Source of the DNA: Perkinsela sp. CCAP 1560/9
Lineage: Eukaryota; Protista; Euglenozoa: Kinetoplastea
DNA: 64,000 nucleotides
Reading direction: 5' to 3'
Assembly: GCA_965644495.1 (NCBI GenBank)
Contig: CBFFSA010000011.1
Coordinates: forward strand, 1 to 64,000
A model generated the notes under the pieces. That model was not told where the DNA came from. It was given only the letters and a program-made list of their open reading frames with translations, and did not search any database. Position 1 is the first letter of the stretch. Every line of letters begins with the position of its first letter. The position numbers and the translations under genes were made by a program. Positions 62,639 to 64,000 of this stretch are shown one piece after another.

Positions 62639-64000
62639 ATGCCCACCGAATCATCTCTACCCTCCGAACCCTCGCTCTCTGACATCCTCCATCCCTACTC
62701 CCACCTCGGGGACCCCACCACCTGTTACCTCTGCGAGAGAAAACTTCTACTCTCCGAAGACCCAACGAATCAAACCATTCATCCAACCCCAGCAGACGAC
62801 TCGCCTCAGCAATGTAACCGCTGCGGGGGCACCGTGTGTTCCTCTCCGAGTTGTTTCCTGAATAGCGCTTCGAATTGTGCAGCCTGTGAGGGGCTGTGGC
62901 GTGTGGGGTCTCAGACGGCCGTGTCACACAGCCCGACACACATGGACCCCAACCTCGGGGAGACGTTGCAAAAGATTTCGAGTACGAAAAAAAGGACGAA
63001 AGGAGGTGTAGGAAAACACCAGCCTCGAACTCAAAACGAGTTCTCTTCTCAAAAAGAAGGACAAAGAAAAAGGGCGCATGGTGTGAGTAGAGCTATGGAT
63101 CACGACTCGTTTCGCCCGTTTTATGGTATGGACGCGCTGCGAGGATCCACTCTCGACGACGAGAGCGACCAGGAAGAAGATTTTGTATTGTGCGGGAAGT
63201 CCCGGTGGAGCAGCGGTCGACGTGATAGATTTGATGAAACCAATCCGTATTTTGAAATGTTGCGAAATACTGCATATGGGGACCGTTTACCGGAGTTATG
63301 TCCTTTCGTGACTCCAGACCCGCATAGTGTTCACAGCACGTTCTGTCCCTCAAGGAGTCTTTTGCTGCGTATTGGAGCATATGCTGCTGGTCTGTCCAAC
63401 ACAAACATGATGCCTGTACCTTCGTCCGGTGAACATGAAACCTTTGAGGGTGCGAAAGCTAAAGACCCCAACAATGAAGAGGATGTTCTCACTGGATTTT
63501 GCAAAACTGTCCAAACCCAAGGTGTTGCGATGACTGAGGAGCGACCATCACCTCATCAAGATGGGAGGATTCTCTTGGCCAGTGATAGTGTAGGAGTAGG
63601 ATCCAGTGCCAAGTTATTTACACTAATTGCCCGAGAATCCGTTTCTTCCTTCATACTAGCGGCGCATCCTTCTCGAAGACATTTTTATATTTGTCCTGAT
63701 CCGTACCTTCCTTGTGATATAGCACTTGACATTGATAAGGCTGTGCACATTCCCCGCACACTTGAGAAAATAAAAAAGAACGGAGTTTTACTGCTGGATC
63801 GTATTATTAGAGCGATTGAAACACATTTGGATGAACAATGGAACGCACGGGTAAGCTCCATAGTAATTTTAACAGGTTGTCGTTCTGAAAAAATTAGTTT
63901 CCATCTTCACATTCGCTTGCAAGATCAAAAAGCGTTTCGTAATCTCGAGGCTGCGCAACACTTTATCTCTCATCTAAAGCTTCATCCGAGATCTATCGCC
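62639..64000 (+). CDS. PrimPol-like (AEP primase-polymerase) protein, partial; absent from ORF track because it runs off the window
   Basis: Manual translation from ATG 62639 (MPTESSLP...): Cys-rich N-terminus, RHFY..PCDIALDID (motif I), KISFHLH (motif II SxH). Confidence 0.8.
   Translation, partial: MPTESSLPSEPSLSDILHPYSHLGDPTTCYLCERKLLLSEDPTNQTIHPTPADDSPQQCNRCGGTVCSSPSCFLNSASNCAACEGLWRVGSQTAVSHSPTHMDPNLGETLQKISSTKKRTKGGVGKHQPRTQNEFSSQKEGQRKRAHGVSRAMDHDSFRPFYGMDALRGSTLDDESDQEEDFVLCGKSRWSSGRRDRFDETNPYFEMLRNTAYGDRLPELCPFVTPDPHSVHSTFCPSRSLLLRIGAYAAGLSNTNMMPVPSSGEHETFEGAKAKDPNNEEDVLTGFCKTVQTQGVAMTEERPSPHQDGRILLASDSVGVGSSAKLFTLIARESVSSFILAAHPSRRHFYICPDPYLPCDIALDIDKAVHIPRTLEKIKKNGVLLLDRIIRAIETHLDEQWNARVSSIVILTGCRSEKISFHLHIRLQDQKAFRNLEAAQHFISHLKLHPRSIA

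Overview
Eukaryotic, intron-less DNA in which essentially every host gene lies on the + strand. This fits a kinetoplastid polycistronic gene cluster, and the spliced-leader (SL) remnants, SHL-ended PGI and PIWI-tryp-like protein point the same way; a Perkinsela-like early-branching kinetoplastid is plausible but is inference only. Host genes include an EDR1-domain kinase, DPH3, RPB10, an inactive rhomboid, eIF3e, a nucleoplasmin-like protein, NAA10, LRR proteins, TTC27, PIWI, a SPATA20-like protein, UAP, condensin CAP-G, PGI, a crotonase, a putative mS26, prefoldin 2 and a PrimPol-like gene running off the right edge. Between genes are nested mobile-element islands: a CRE/SLACS-clade retrotransposon, a PIF/Harbinger-ISL2EU-like DNA transposon, a Merlin relic, several TA-flanked MITEs and a hairpin-ended, tandem-forming repeat family. 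The most notable observation is a ~580-nt non-coding, highly structured, A-tailed element present twice (13655-14230 on +, 27238-27818 on -). It begins with SL mini-exon sequence, and the CRE element begins with the same SL tail, suggesting an SL-headed SINE/LINE pair. Several genes also show abrupt C-rich to G-rich strand-skew switches inside the CDS.
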